A stretch of 64,000 nt of DNA from an uncultured Gammaproteobacteria bacterium (lineage in GTDB: Bacteria > Patescibacteriota > Microgenomatia > UBA12405 > JAHJSD01): assembly GCA_964428655.1 (NCBI GenBank), contig CAYRYE010000001.1, positions 312,406-376,405 on the forward strand, in the 5' to 3' direction. Shown here piece by piece: positions 26,926 through 36,576 of the stretch (positions within the stretch are counted from its first letter, which is position 1; the number at the start of each line of letters is the position of its first letter). The notes under the pieces are model-generated. The model was not told the origin of the DNA and ran no database searches. It saw only the letters and a list, made by a program, of their open reading frames with translations. The position numbers were made by a program, and so were the translations under genes.

Positions 26926-28144
26926 TTTTTTCTTCTTATTTTCACTCCCCTCACTATTTTTTCCAAAAATTTGCTCTGCTTTTTCCATTAAAAATTTGAG
27001 TGTTTCAGAAATTAATTCACCAGAAAATATTATTGAGGCAACTTTGGACCTAAGTGATTTACCAAGCAGCGCTTCTTATTTCCGAATCGCCTTTACTAAA
27101 AGTGATACTAACCCAAGTTATTTTGGAAAGATGAAAAACGATAAGGATGATTGGGTAGAAATAGGCCCACTCGGTGATTGTGACAATTATTATCGAATGG
27201 ATGAGTTAAACCAAGATGAACTGGTTCTTAGGATTAAAATGGGCAAAGAGGTAGAGTCAGGCACATATTTCCTAAGAGCACACCGCTTAACAGAGACTGG
27301 TTGTAGTCCAACTCCTACGAATTTTATTTCGATTGTGTATACTCCCTTACCAACTGCGATATTGCTGCTCCCGACTCCCACGGAGCCGTCTGGTGAAACA
27401 ACCAACATTCCAACTCCTACTAACACTCCAGAGCCTTTTTCAATCACTGCCAATTTTAATAGTTCTGTTTCAGCCGGAGAAGAATTTGATGTTAGTGTTG
27501 AAATCCAAAATGACGAAAGCGAGACAGAATATTATTTGAAGGCAAGGATTGGTGAAGATACTTCTGAGTTAACCAGAGGAGAAACTTATTCATCAGAGAG
27601 TAACAGTTGGCTTACTGACGGTAGCGCTTGGACAGAATTTCCAAAATTTACAACTACTGATGGAAGTTGGTCCGGCTCAGTTAAAGCAAAAGTAAAAAAT
27701 GACTCATCAGCAGGAGATTATTATTTAGTGGTAAGAGTTCGTGAGGTAGATGGTGGAAATAAAGATAGTGTTGAATATCAATTGACAGTTAGTTCGCCCT
27801 CTTCGCCAACATCCACCCCTACTCCAAACCCAACTACAAAACCCTCATCAACTCCTAAGCCAACCGCAACCAAAAAACCCTCTCCTACTTTAAAACCATC
27901 ACCCACTTTTGAGGCAACTCCATCTGGGGACATTGTATTTTCAACTGCTTCTGCTGGTAAAATTTTAGGTGAGTTTGGAGAGGCAACTGAGTCTGGTGAG
28001 GGCGATGAGAAAAAACAAAAGACAACTAATAGAATAGTTGCTGGAATTTTGATTGTTCTTGGCGGGGGATTAATATCAGTTGTTGGTTTTGCGCCAAAAA
28101 TTAAAGAGTTTCTCGAAAATAGAAAAGTGAGGCATGGAGAATAA
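26903..28144 (+). CDS. cell-surface protein with signal peptide, Pro/Thr/Ser-rich linker and C-terminal TM anchor
   Basis: N-terminal signal, PTPTPNPTTKPSSTPKPTATKKPSPT low-complexity stalk, C-terminal hydrophobic helix then basic residues. Confidence 0.5.
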   Translation: MLKKCFLIFFFLFSLPSLFFPKICSAFSIKNLSVSEINSPENIIEATLDLSDLPSSASYFRIAFTKSDTNPSYFGKMKNDKDDWVEIGPLGDCDNYYRMDELNQDELVLRIKMGKEVESGTYFLRAHRLTETGCSPTPTNFISIVYTPLPTAILLLPTPTEPSGETTNIPTPTNTPEPFSITANFNSSVSAGEEFDVSVEIQNDESETEYYLKARIGEDTSELTRGETYSSESNSWLTDGSAWTEFPKFTTTDGSWSGSVKAKVKNDSSAGDYYLVVRVREVDGGNKDSVEYQLTVSSPSSPTSTPTPNPTTKPSSTPKPTATKKPSPTLKPSPTFEATPSGDIVFSTASAGKILGEFGEATESGEGDEKKQKTTNRIVAGILIVLGGGLISVVGFAPKIKEFLENRKVRHGE

Positions 28145-28538
28145 AGTTAAAAAATCAATTCGTTTTTTCCTGCCTTTAATTTGGATGGGATTAATTTTTT
28201 ATGGCTCCTCTTGGCAAAAACCAACTACCTCTGGAGATTATTGGCTTAGTTTTATTTTTTTCAAAAGTTTACATATTATTGAATATGGAATTCTTTTTTT
28301 GCTTTGGAGATTTGCCCTATATAGCAAATCTTATAGCATTAAGGTGGCAATAGCTATTTCGATTTTCTATGGGATTACTGATGAGTTCCACCAAACCCTT
28401 GTTCCAACCAGAGAGGGGAAAATAAGAGATATTTTAATTGATGCCTTAGGAGTGGTAATTTTCTGGCGATTTGCTCTTAATAAAGCAGAGAGTTTTGTTG
28501 CCAAGAATAAGTTTTTAAAGAGGATATTTTTGTTTTGA
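28134..28538 (+). CDS. VanZ-like family membrane protein
   Basis: Four TM segments; motif GITDEFHQTLVPTREGKIRDILIDALG. Confidence 0.55.
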   Translation: MENKVKKSIRFFLPLIWMGLIFYGSSWQKPTTSGDYWLSFIFFKSLHIIEYGILFLLWRFALYSKSYSIKVAIAISIFYGITDEFHQTLVPTREGKIRDILIDALGVVIFWRFALNKAESFVAKNKFLKRIFLF

Positions 28539-28562
28539 CCTATTTTGTTATATTTTTGACCA

Positions 28563-28592
28563 TTGACAAAAGTTTTTTATTTGTTTCATAAT
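28563..28592 (+). promoter_or_regulatory. near-consensus sigma70-type promoter (TTGACA-N18-CATAAT) driving the TasA-like/SipW operon
   Basis: TTGACA at 28563-28568, CATAAT at 28587-28592; RBS aaaggagg at 28644-28651. Confidence 0.5.
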
Positions 28593-28659
28593 GAAGTAAC
28601 TTGCTCGTTGACGATAAAGATTAAAAATTAATTTTACAAAAAGAAAGGAGGTGAAAAGA

Positions 28660-29268
28660 ATGAAAAACATTTTAAAAAGTCTTTTTATAATTTCGGTGGC
28701 ATTGACAGTTATGAGTGTTTCCACTTATGCTGCTTGGACCGCAAGCGCTACTGTTCAGAACAACACTTTTAGTACCGGGAATGCAGCCTTGAGGCTTTAT
28801 GGTAATTTAGGAGGTGTTCCGGGAACTAATGCGGCCTTGACTCAAACTTTAGCCGGAAGCTCGTTTTCTAATCTTTACCCGAATTGGCAGCAAGATTATT
28901 TGGCAAAACTTTATAATAATGGCACAGTCAATTTGCAAGCGAGCGTAACAGGTGTTTATGTTTCAGAAGATGCAGATTTAAGAAATCGTATTTCTGTTGA
29001 AGTTTGGCAGTGGAATGATGAAGGTGATGGCACTACCGGTCCTGGAGACACTTATTCTTTATTGTCTGCAGCTCAGACTTTGCAGAGCTGGAGAACAAAT
29101 CCAGTTTCTTTAGGTCAGCTAGATGTTGGCAACACGGTTGGAGTTTTATTGAGATTTACGACAGGCGATCTGTCCAACGCATATCAAGGAAAAACAACAG
29201 TATTTGATTTTCTGCTTGATGGCACGACTACGGGAGCAACTCAAAGTACTCCGCCAACATTGCCATAA
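28660..29268 (+). CDS. TasA/camelysin-like secreted protein with a SipW-cognate-type signal peptide
   Basis: Signal peptide then AAWTASATVQNNTFSTGNAALRL, matching the A-x-F-[ST]...N-T-F-x-x-G pattern of SipW substrates; immediately upstream of a SipW-type peptidase. Confidence 0.55.
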   Translation: MKNILKSLFIISVALTVMSVSTYAAWTASATVQNNTFSTGNAALRLYGNLGGVPGTNAALTQTLAGSSFSNLYPNWQQDYLAKLYNNGTVNLQASVTGVYVSEDADLRNRISVEVWQWNDEGDGTTGPGDTYSLLSAAQTLQSWRTNPVSLGQLDVGNTVGVLLRFTTGDLSNAYQGKTTVFDFLLDGTTTGATQSTPPTLP

Positions 29269-29334
29269 TTCGAGGTTGGTGTTTTTTAGATTGCAAAAGC
29301 CTTGTGTTTTTGCAATCGCTGGAGACGCCAACTT

Positions 29335-29883
29335 ATGAAAAAATTAAAATTAGCAAAGACAGTAATTGGTACGGTTTTCTTTTTGTTTGTTTTGATCGTT
29401 GGGTCATTTGTTTTTCTTTCCGGTAAAAAAGATATTAATGGCTGGAGGTTTTTGGTGGTTAAGTCAGGCTCGATGGAACCAACAATAAAAACTGGCAGCC
29501 TCATCTTTATTAAACAAAAAGAAGAATATCAAGAAAGCGATATCGTAACCTATGGTCCAGTTACTCGGCCTGATTTTTTAGTTACCCACAGAATTGTTGA
29601 TGAAATTAGTGAGGGTGAAGAGAAATATTTTGTGACCAAAGGGGATTTCAATGAGAAGGAAGATGTGGAGAAGGTTTATTCTCAAGAAGTAATTGGAAAA
29701 TATCAGTTTGGAATTCCCTATTTTGGATATGTAATCAATTTTGCCAAAACTCGAGCTGGCGTTATTTTGTTAGTGGTCATTCCTGGCACTCTAATTGTTT
29801 ACGAAGAATTTAAAAACATTAAAAATTACATTTCTGGCCTTTTTTCGAAAATAAAAGAGAAAAAAGCAAAACAGGATCAATAA
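29335..29883 (+). CDS. sipW: signal peptidase I, archaeal/ER-type (SipW/Sec11 family)
   Basis: VVKSGSMEPTIKTGSLIF (Ser box), VTHRIV (His box), VTKGDFN (TKGDNN box). Confidence 0.8.
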   Translation: MKKLKLAKTVIGTVFFLFVLIVGSFVFLSGKKDINGWRFLVVKSGSMEPTIKTGSLIFIKQKEEYQESDIVTYGPVTRPDFLVTHRIVDEISEGEEKYFVTKGDFNEKEDVEKVYSQEVIGKYQFGIPYFGYVINFAKTRAGVILLVVIPGTLIVYEEFKNIKNYISGLFSKIKEKKAKQDQ

Positions 29884-31847
29884 TGAGGCGCTATTTGTAC
29901 CTTTTGTTGTGTTTGGTGTTAGTTAATTTTTTGGTTTTAGAAACTAATGCGGTGTTTACGGCGTCTACAGCGGTAGGAAGCAGTTCTTGGACTACCGGTG
30001 ATTGGACTCCGCCGAGTTCGGAGATAACTGATATTACCGGCAGTGGCAGTCTCGATCCAATTACTAATCTCAGCAGTTTTACTATTCATTACGAAGCAGC
30101 TGATTCTGGACTTGGCGTTCATTATGTTGAATTATGGTACTCCTATAATTATGGTGAGTGGCAGTATTTTGATAATGATTATCCTAGTTCAGCAGGAAGT
30201 TTTGAGTTTGATATGCCGGAAGGAGATGGCTTTTATGAATTTATTACTGTAGCAATTGATGAGTCTGGCAATGTGGAGGATCGAGATGGTGATGGGGAAA
30301 ATGACAATGCAAATCAGGAAGCCTTAAATAATGCAGCGTTTAGTTTGGAAGAAGACTTATGGATGATAGAAGTTGACACTCAAGCGCCAACAATGAATTT
30401 ATCTCTTGATGAATTTGGCAGTGATCGTTGGGCAGGTCAGGATTTATTAATTAATGGAAGCTTTGAAGAGGGTTCAAATGCTTGGTTAACCGGAAGTTTA
30501 GGCGATCATCATCTAGTTAGCGAAGGAGAAGATGATTTGGGAGATCCAATTTTGCCGGCAGAAGGTGAAAACATGTTTATTTTAGGCTTCAAAGATGCTT
30601 CGCCTTCAGACGAGGCAATTGATTGGTTATATCAAGATGTAGTTTTGCCGGTTAACATTTCCAGCAGCTTGAGTTTTTGGTGGCGGATGGTTAGTGAAGA
30701 TACGGTAGATTATGATCAGTTCTCAGTTTGGGTTAAAGATGATAATAATCATCCATTAGAGAGAATTTTAACTACTGGCTCAGGGGAAATTTGGGACATT
30801 TCTGCTTGGGACGGCGATTCTGGTTGGCAAGAAATTACCCATCCCTTGGTCAATTTTGCTGGCAGACCAATCCGAATTTGGTTTGAGTTAGTGGACAAGG
30901 GCGCTGATGATAAAAGTTGGGTTTACATTGATGGTGTTCGAGCAACTACAACCGATAACAGAATAACTGAAGAGAAAGAGATTGATTTTGAAGTTCACGA
31001 TGGTTCAGGATCGGGAACATTCGAAGCTAATTATGAGGTTGATGGAGTGCCATTCGGCGATTATTCAGGAGTTCCGTTTACTTTGGCTTCAGGTGATTAT
31101 GACATTGCCAATAGCGGAGAAGATGTGGCCGGCAACATTGAATCTCCAGAAACGGATGAACTGGTAGTTTTACCACCAATGGTCATTAACGCTTTTTCGG
31201 CCGCACCATCAATTGGTGATGAGTGGGTTGATTTGTACAACAATTCCAGTTCTCCGATAAACGTTGATGGTTGGCAAATTTGTGATTCTCTAAACCAGTG
31301 CCAAGGTTTGAGTTTAGGAAACTCGGAGAGCGGTGATACTTGGATTGGTTCCCACGATAGTTTGAGATTTTTGGATAATTTTCTTCTCAATAATCTTGGT
31401 GATACGGTAATTTTGAAAAATGACATGGCTGAGGAGCAGGATAGGTTTCTTTATCCTTCATTTGCTGGTGATTATAATTGGATCTGGCAGCGGAATCCTG
31501 ATGGCATTGGCAGTTGGGAATTAAACAAGCCAGAAATCGATGCTCATATTACCAGTCGCTACGATGAAGCGAATAAGATTTTGCTAACGATATTTAATAT
31601 TCCTGAAAATTATGGAGACGGTGATCTGATTGAATATGAAATTGTTTATAACAACGGAGATAGGGGAATTGCCGGAACTATTTTAGCGGAGACAGTTGAG
31701 AATGGTAAGGCGGATCGGGAGTTTTATCTGGGAACCTGCTCGGCTATGGGAGTTTGTACGCCGGATGAGGTTCCAACTAGAGAAGTTGAACTAACCTTGA
31801 CTCAAGGAATAACGGTAATTATTAATCAAAGAGAATTTGGTATTTAA
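29883..31847 (+). CDS. large secreted protein with a SipW-cognate-like N-terminus and a C-terminal lamin-tail domain (LTD)
   Basis: N-terminus NAVFTASTAVGSSSWTTG; C-terminal INAFSAAPSIGDEWVDLYNNSSSPINVDGWQICDS...LGDTVILKN matches the LTD pattern. Confidence 0.5.
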   Translation: MRRYLYLLLCLVLVNFLVLETNAVFTASTAVGSSSWTTGDWTPPSSEITDITGSGSLDPITNLSSFTIHYEAADSGLGVHYVELWYSYNYGEWQYFDNDYPSSAGSFEFDMPEGDGFYEFITVAIDESGNVEDRDGDGENDNANQEALNNAAFSLEEDLWMIEVDTQAPTMNLSLDEFGSDRWAGQDLLINGSFEEGSNAWLTGSLGDHHLVSEGEDDLGDPILPAEGENMFILGFKDASPSDEAIDWLYQDVVLPVNISSSLSFWWRMVSEDTVDYDQFSVWVKDDNNHPLERILTTGSGEIWDISAWDGDSGWQEITHPLVNFAGRPIRIWFELVDKGADDKSWVYIDGVRATTTDNRITEEKEIDFEVHDGSGSGTFEANYEVDGVPFGDYSGVPFTLASGDYDIANSGEDVAGNIESPETDELVVLPPMVINAFSAAPSIGDEWVDLYNNSSSPINVDGWQICDSLNQCQGLSLGNSESGDTWIGSHDSLRFLDNFLLNNLGDTVILKNDMAEEQDRFLYPSFAGDYNWIWQRNPDGIGSWELNKPEIDAHITSRYDEANKILLTIFNIPENYGDGDLIEYEIVYNNGDRGIAGTILAETVENGKADREFYLGTCSAMGVCTPDEVPTREVELTLTQGITVIINQREFGI

Positions 31848-33103
31848 TGAGAAAAACTAGACTGTTCATATTATTTCTTTTGTCTTTAGTCTTGCCATTT
31901 TTGACTGCGCGTATTGTTTTGGCTCAAGGAATTACGGTTGATCCGACAGGCCCCATTTTTCTGCCTAGTGAGATTTGGTATCCGGGAAAAAATCTTACTC
32001 GGGAAATTACGGTAACTAATAATGCGGACGTCATTCATTTAATTGGAATTAATTCGGTCAACGAGAGTGAGAGCAAAAGCTTGAGCCAGGTGATTTATCT
32101 TACTATTAGCGATGAAAGTTTTACTTGTAGATATGGCTGTGGATTAGATATTAAAAATTTGGCTCAGTTTTGGCAGGAAAGCAATTTGGACGGGATTTAT
32201 CTTGGCGATTTAAACGCTGGTTCTTCTGTTGACTATTATTTTTCCGCCACAATGGATCCTTTGGCTGGTAATCAATATCAAGAGGCGGTGGCAACTTTTG
32301 ATTTAGTGTTTGGTTTGGCACCGACATTGCCAACCCCCACACCAACGCCGGTTGTTGATGGGACAGTGGCTGGTGCGTCTACAAATGGAGATGATGGAGT
32401 TGGAGGGGAAGCGCCTTGTTCAGCCCCTGAGCCAGGGGCGCCGTTTAGTTTAACTGCCGCTCCTGCTGGAGTGGGCCAGATATTGCTTAGCTGGCTGCCA
32501 CCAACTACGGGAACAGTAACTCATTACGCTATTGTTTATGGCACTAGTAGTGGCAATTACCTTTATGGAAATACAAATGTGGGATCAGGAACAACTTATG
32601 TTGTTTCTGGCTTATCAAGCGGAGTTCGTTACTATTTTGTTGTTGTTGCCGTTAATGATTGTGCTGCTGGGCTTTATTCAAATGAAGCGAGTGCTGTTGC
32701 TGGGGGAGTTTTGGGAGTGTTTACTCCTGAGGAGCCGGCCGAAGAGTTTGAAGTTTTGGGTGAAGAGACTGAGCCGGGGCAAATTGCTGGTGGGGAATCT
32801 ATAGAGGTGGGCGGGGTGGAAGGAGCGGTAGCGGAGAAAGTGTGTTTTTGGTGGTTGGTTTTCAGCTTAATTGTTTTGGTTTTTAATACTTGGTATTTGT
32901 ATGAATATCGGGAGAGAATGAAAAGTGAGAAATGGCGCTGGTTTGTTTTGGCAATAACAGGAGTTTTGGCTTTTTTTGCTGATAGATTTATGCACCAATG
33001 GTGGATGCCGTCAAGATTTTGTCACTATATGTGGTTGTTAGCTTCGTTAGCCTTCGCAGTTCCGGGGGGAATTTGGCTATTTTATTGGCGAAAGGAAGAA
33101 TAA
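31847..33103 (+). CDS. secreted surface protein with TasA-like N-terminus, fibronectin type III domain and C-terminal TM region
   Basis: ITVDPTGPIF...ITVTNNADV; FN3-like LTAAPAGVGQILLSWLPPTTGTVTHYAIVYG...YYFVVVAVN; three C-terminal hydrophobic helices. Confidence 0.5.
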   Translation: MRKTRLFILFLLSLVLPFLTARIVLAQGITVDPTGPIFLPSEIWYPGKNLTREITVTNNADVIHLIGINSVNESESKSLSQVIYLTISDESFTCRYGCGLDIKNLAQFWQESNLDGIYLGDLNAGSSVDYYFSATMDPLAGNQYQEAVATFDLVFGLAPTLPTPTPTPVVDGTVAGASTNGDDGVGGEAPCSAPEPGAPFSLTAAPAGVGQILLSWLPPTTGTVTHYAIVYGTSSGNYLYGNTNVGSGTTYVVSGLSSGVRYYFVVVAVNDCAAGLYSNEASAVAGGVLGVFTPEEPAEEFEVLGEETEPGQIAGGESIEVGGVEGAVAEKVCFWWLVFSLIVLVFNTWYLYEYRERMKSEKWRWFVLAITGVLAFFADRFMHQWWMPSRFCHYMWLLASLAFAVPGGIWLFYWRKEE

Positions 33104-33145
33104 GCTTGCCATTTCTTTCAAGGAAAGTGTAATATGTTGGTAGAA

Positions 33146-34009
33146 ATGAAAAAGTGGATTAAGTCTTTGTTTATCCCCCAAGAGGAAAATAATTATCAAG
33201 CCAAGATTCTTCACCCTTCGTTCTTGGCCGCCTTTGTTTTCTTGTTTCTGCTTAACCAGACTTTAATAAACTTTGTCGCTTTACTGCGGCCTGGAATTTT
33301 AGGATACTCTTCAAATATTACTCCGGAAATGATTATTGAATTGACTAATAGTGAGAGAGTCAAACAAGGATTGTTGCCGGTTGAAGTAAATAACCTTTTA
33401 AACGAAGCGGCTCGTCGTAAAGCCGGCGATATGTTTGCTTTTGATTATTGGGCCCATAAATCGCCATCCGGAAGAAACCCTTGGTCATTTTTAAAGGAAG
33501 CTGGCTATGATTATCGGGTTGCGGGAGAAAATTTAGCCAGAGATTTTTATGATCCTGATTCAGTAGTGGGAGCTTGGATGAAATCCCCGACACATAAAGA
33601 AAACATTATTAACTCGAAGTTTAAGGAAATCGGAGTAGCGGTTGTTGATGGTACTTTGGGAGGTATTCAAACTACCTTGGTAGTTCAATTTTTTGGCACC
33701 CCAACAAATTTTGTTGCCGCTGATATTTTTAGGCAAAAGGAATTATTAGAAACTGTTCCGAGCTTTTCCAAACAAGAATCAGGAGTATTATCAGTTGAAG
33801 AGAAAACTTTGATTAGTCCGCTTAGTTTAACTAGGGGATCAAGCGCCTTTTTCTTTGGTTTGATAGTGGGTGCTTTAGCAATTGATGGCTATTTGGTTTT
33901 TAAAAAGCGGATTTACCGATCAACTGGGAGAACAACAACTCATGCTGGGTTTTTAGCTGTTATGTTTTTGCTGATTTTACTGAGCGGCAGTCCGGGACTG
34001 ATAAATTAA
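33146..34009 (+). CDS. CAP/SCP (PR-1-like, YkwD-type) domain protein with flanking TM segments
   Basis: LLNEAARRKAGDM...WAHKSPSG...GENLARDF...VGAWMKSPTHKENII CAP motifs. Confidence 0.65.
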   Translation: MKKWIKSLFIPQEENNYQAKILHPSFLAAFVFLFLLNQTLINFVALLRPGILGYSSNITPEMIIELTNSERVKQGLLPVEVNNLLNEAARRKAGDMFAFDYWAHKSPSGRNPWSFLKEAGYDYRVAGENLARDFYDPDSVVGAWMKSPTHKENIINSKFKEIGVAVVDGTLGGIQTTLVVQFFGTPTNFVAADIFRQKELLETVPSFSKQESGVLSVEEKTLISPLSLTRGSSAFFFGLIVGALAIDGYLVFKKRIYRSTGRTTTHAGFLAVMFLLILLSGSPGLIN

Positions 34010-34024
34010 CATTAATTATTAACA

Positions 34025-34315
34025 ATGATTATTGAAGAAGTAGCTGACTTTATTTCAGGCGAGCTTAAAAAACACCCTGAAGATTTTTTGATTTTAGCCA
34101 TATTTTTTATTTTGGCAATTGTTAATTTTTGGATCTTTTCTTATGATCATACTTTTCAAAAGTGGATAATATTTGCAACCGGTGCAGGTTATTTCCTTTG
34201 GGGTGTTTTTCATCATTGGCGTAAAAAAGATCTTTGTATGAAAATAGCTTTGGATTATTTCCTGGTTTCGGCCCTTGGAGTAACAGCAGCTATATTCGTT
34301 CTCCTTCGCGGCTAA
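34025..34315 (+). CDS. small membrane protein
   Basis: Three hydrophobic helices, 96 aa. Confidence 0.3.
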   Translation: MIIEEVADFISGELKKHPEDFLILAIFFILAIVNFWIFSYDHTFQKWIIFATGAGYFLWGVFHHWRKKDLCMKIALDYFLVSALGVTAAIFVLLRG

Positions 34316-34330
34316 TGTTATAATATACTC

Positions 34331-34822
34331 ATGACTAGTTATTTTCTAAATCCAACCAAGGGTAAATTATCTTGGAAAGATCTGGGTAAGGAGATTCAAG
34401 ATTTTATTGTCTCAGGCCCGGATGAGGATTATCAGTTGATTATTGGCTCTGATTCTCGAGGCAAGAGCTATCGAGGCAGGCCTGGTCTTGATTTGGTCAC
34501 TGCTATTGTTATTCATCGTAAAGGCAGGGGCGGCCGCTATTTCTGGTCTAAGAGAAAAGTTGCCAAAGTCTATTCTTTAAAAGAAAGGCTTTATCATGAA
34601 ACAATTGCTTCTTTAGGAATAGCCCGCAAGCTTATGGGTGTTTTAAAAGATGATTTAAACGGTCAATTTGAAGCGTTGGAGATTCATATTGATATTGGTG
34701 AAAAGGGCCCTAGCAGGGAGATGATAAAAGAGTTGGTAGGAATGGTTAATGGCAATGGATTTAGAGCCAAAACTAAACCAAAAGCTTATGCCGCTTCCAG
34801 TGTTGCTGATAAATATACTTAA
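34331..34822 (+). CDS. DUF458/YkuK-like RNase H-fold protein (tentative)
   Basis: About 160 aa with LIIGSDSRGK and HIDIGEKG segments resembling the YkuK family; from memory, unverified. Confidence 0.35.
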   Translation: MTSYFLNPTKGKLSWKDLGKEIQDFIVSGPDEDYQLIIGSDSRGKSYRGRPGLDLVTAIVIHRKGRGGRYFWSKRKVAKVYSLKERLYHETIASLGIARKLMGVLKDDLNGQFEALEIHIDIGEKGPSREMIKELVGMVNGNGFRAKTKPKAYAASSVADKYT

Positions 34823-34829
34823 TCTTCAC

Positions 34830-35843
34830 TTACAAAAGACTCATCAATGATCCGGAGAGAAGAGGGATTAATAAATTGTCGTCAACTTCTTTTCCTTTGA
34901 TTTTTGGTTCAGTGAATTCCAGGATTGAAGTGGATAGGGCCCCGATGATAGCTTGCTGTGGATTAACGTATTGCAGAGTCATTAGGCTGGTGGCAAAAAA
35001 GGCGGCCGCGGTTATTCCAATTTTTTTCTTTTTGTCTTTTTTCCAAAAATAGCCAATAAGGGCGTTAACTGAGTCGCCCACGGTTAGGTTTAAAATGGCA
35101 GCCAAGGCGATTGGCTTGCTGAAAAGCAGTAAGGCTAAAAATGAGCTGGTAGTGAAAAACAACGGCCCTAAACCTGGAAATCTAGGATTCTTTTTCCGTT
35201 CAAAATAGGTAATTATTTTTCTAATAATTGAGGATTGCTGGCGGCTGAGGACAAAAACAAAAATTGCTATAATTGCGCAGATAAGACCCAAAAGGGGAGT
35301 GTTTAAGATGTTAAGGCTTAATAAGCCTACTAGAGCGAAGCCGTAAAACAGATGAATTAATTTTCTTCTTAGGTTTGGGTTGTAGTCTTTTCTCAAAGCT
35401 TTTTTACCGCAGATGAGTAAAAAGAAAAACCAATAGATGGCTGTAGCGAGTAGAAAACCGGCAGTTATGTCTCGACCGTAGTGAACTCCAAGATAAACTC
35501 TTGAGGCTGAAATTATCAGCATGATAGCAAAGCCAATCCAGGATAAAGATGGTGCGATAGTGGCCAAAACCCAGGCAAAAAGGGTAGCAATGATGGTGTG
35601 ACCTGATGGAAAGGAATAATCAGAGGGTATGTTAACGCTTATGCCTAATACCTGCGGCTGTTGGATAAATGGTCTGGGAATGGCGGTTAGTCTTTTTATA
35701 ATTGCGTGGAGGGAGATCGTGGTGACATAAGTTGGAATAAATAAACGAAATAATAACTTTCTTTTCTTTTTTGCCGCTAATATTAAAGGAATAGCTGTTA
35801 GACAGCCAAGAACAAGTTTGGAATTTAATAAATCATTTATCAT
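34830..35843 (-). CDS. bifunctional-looking membrane protein: N-terminal PAP2 phosphatase domain fused to a C-terminal dolichol/polyprenol kinase-like (CTP-dependent) domain
   Basis: PAP2 motifs KRLTAIPRP, SFPSGH, SRVYLGVHYGRD; C-terminal VGDSVNALIGYFWKK resembles the GDxxAxxxG motif of the Sec59/dolichol kinase family. Confidence 0.5.
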   Translation of the reverse strand: MINDLLNSKLVLGCLTAIPLILAAKKKRKLLFRLFIPTYVTTISLHAIIKRLTAIPRPFIQQPQVLGISVNIPSDYSFPSGHTIIATLFAWVLATIAPSLSWIGFAIMLIISASRVYLGVHYGRDITAGFLLATAIYWFFFLLICGKKALRKDYNPNLRRKLIHLFYGFALVGLLSLNILNTPLLGLICAIIAIFVFVLSRQQSSIIRKIITYFERKKNPRFPGLGPLFFTTSSFLALLLFSKPIALAAILNLTVGDSVNALIGYFWKKDKKKKIGITAAAFFATSLMTLQYVNPQQAIIGALSTSILEFTEPKIKGKEVDDNLLIPLLSGSLMSLL

Positions 35844-35865
35844 TTTATGTACGCAACCCCGGAAA

Positions 35866-36546
35866 CTAGGTTTTTTTCTTGATTTTTTTTGCTCGCCATT
35901 CAGTAATTTTTTTATGGTCTCCGGAAAGCAAGACTTTAGGGACTTTCCAGCCTTTAAAAACAGCAGGACGAGTGTAGTGGGGAAATTCCAATAGCGTTTG
36001 ATGATTTTGAGATTTTTGCAAGAGTTTTTTTAAGCCTGGGGAAAATGATTCTATTTCCGAAGCGCCTTCTTTTTTCAAAACTCCGGGGAGTAATCGAGAG
36101 ACAGTATCGACAACAACCATGGCTGGAATTTCACCACCAGAGAGGATGTAGTTGCCAATGGAAATTTCTTCATCAATCATGTGTTTTCTGACTCTTTCGT
36201 CTATGCCTTCGTAATGGCCGCAAATTAGAATTGTATGACTCGATTGAAATAATTTCTGCGCCATTTTCTGATTGAAAGTTTTTCCTTTGGGTGATAGTAG
36301 TATTATTTTTGATTTTTTTTCCCTTAGATTTTTTAAAGCATTAAAAATCGGTTCTGGCCGCAATATCATTCCTGGACTGCCGCCATAAGGGCGGTCATCA
36401 ACCGTACCCCTTTTATCAATCGCCCATTTTCTTAAATTATGAATCTTTATTTCAACAGCCTCAACCGACTGTGCCTTCTTTATCATGCTCCATTCTAAAA
36501 AAGGCGTGAATAATTCTGGAAAAAGAGTGATAATATCAATTTTCAT
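35866..36546 (-). CDS. trmD: tRNA (guanine37-N1)-methyltransferase
   Basis: MKIDIITLFPELF... SPOUT fold motifs, 226 aa. Confidence 0.9.
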   Translation of the reverse strand: MKIDIITLFPELFTPFLEWSMIKKAQSVEAVEIKIHNLRKWAIDKRGTVDDRPYGGSPGMILRPEPIFNALKNLREKKSKIILLSPKGKTFNQKMAQKLFQSSHTILICGHYEGIDERVRKHMIDEEISIGNYILSGGEIPAMVVVDTVSRLLPGVLKKEGASEIESFSPGLKKLLQKSQNHQTLLEFPHYTRPAVFKGWKVPKVLLSGDHKKITEWRAKKIKKKT

Positions 36547-36576
36547 ATTTCGATTTTAACATGCGAATGATATAAT

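Noticed and set aside
29286-29504. Minus-strand ORFs (29146-29331, 29286-29504) between the tasA-like gene and sipW
   Set aside because: They overlap the ends and starts of two well-supported plus-strand genes in an operon.
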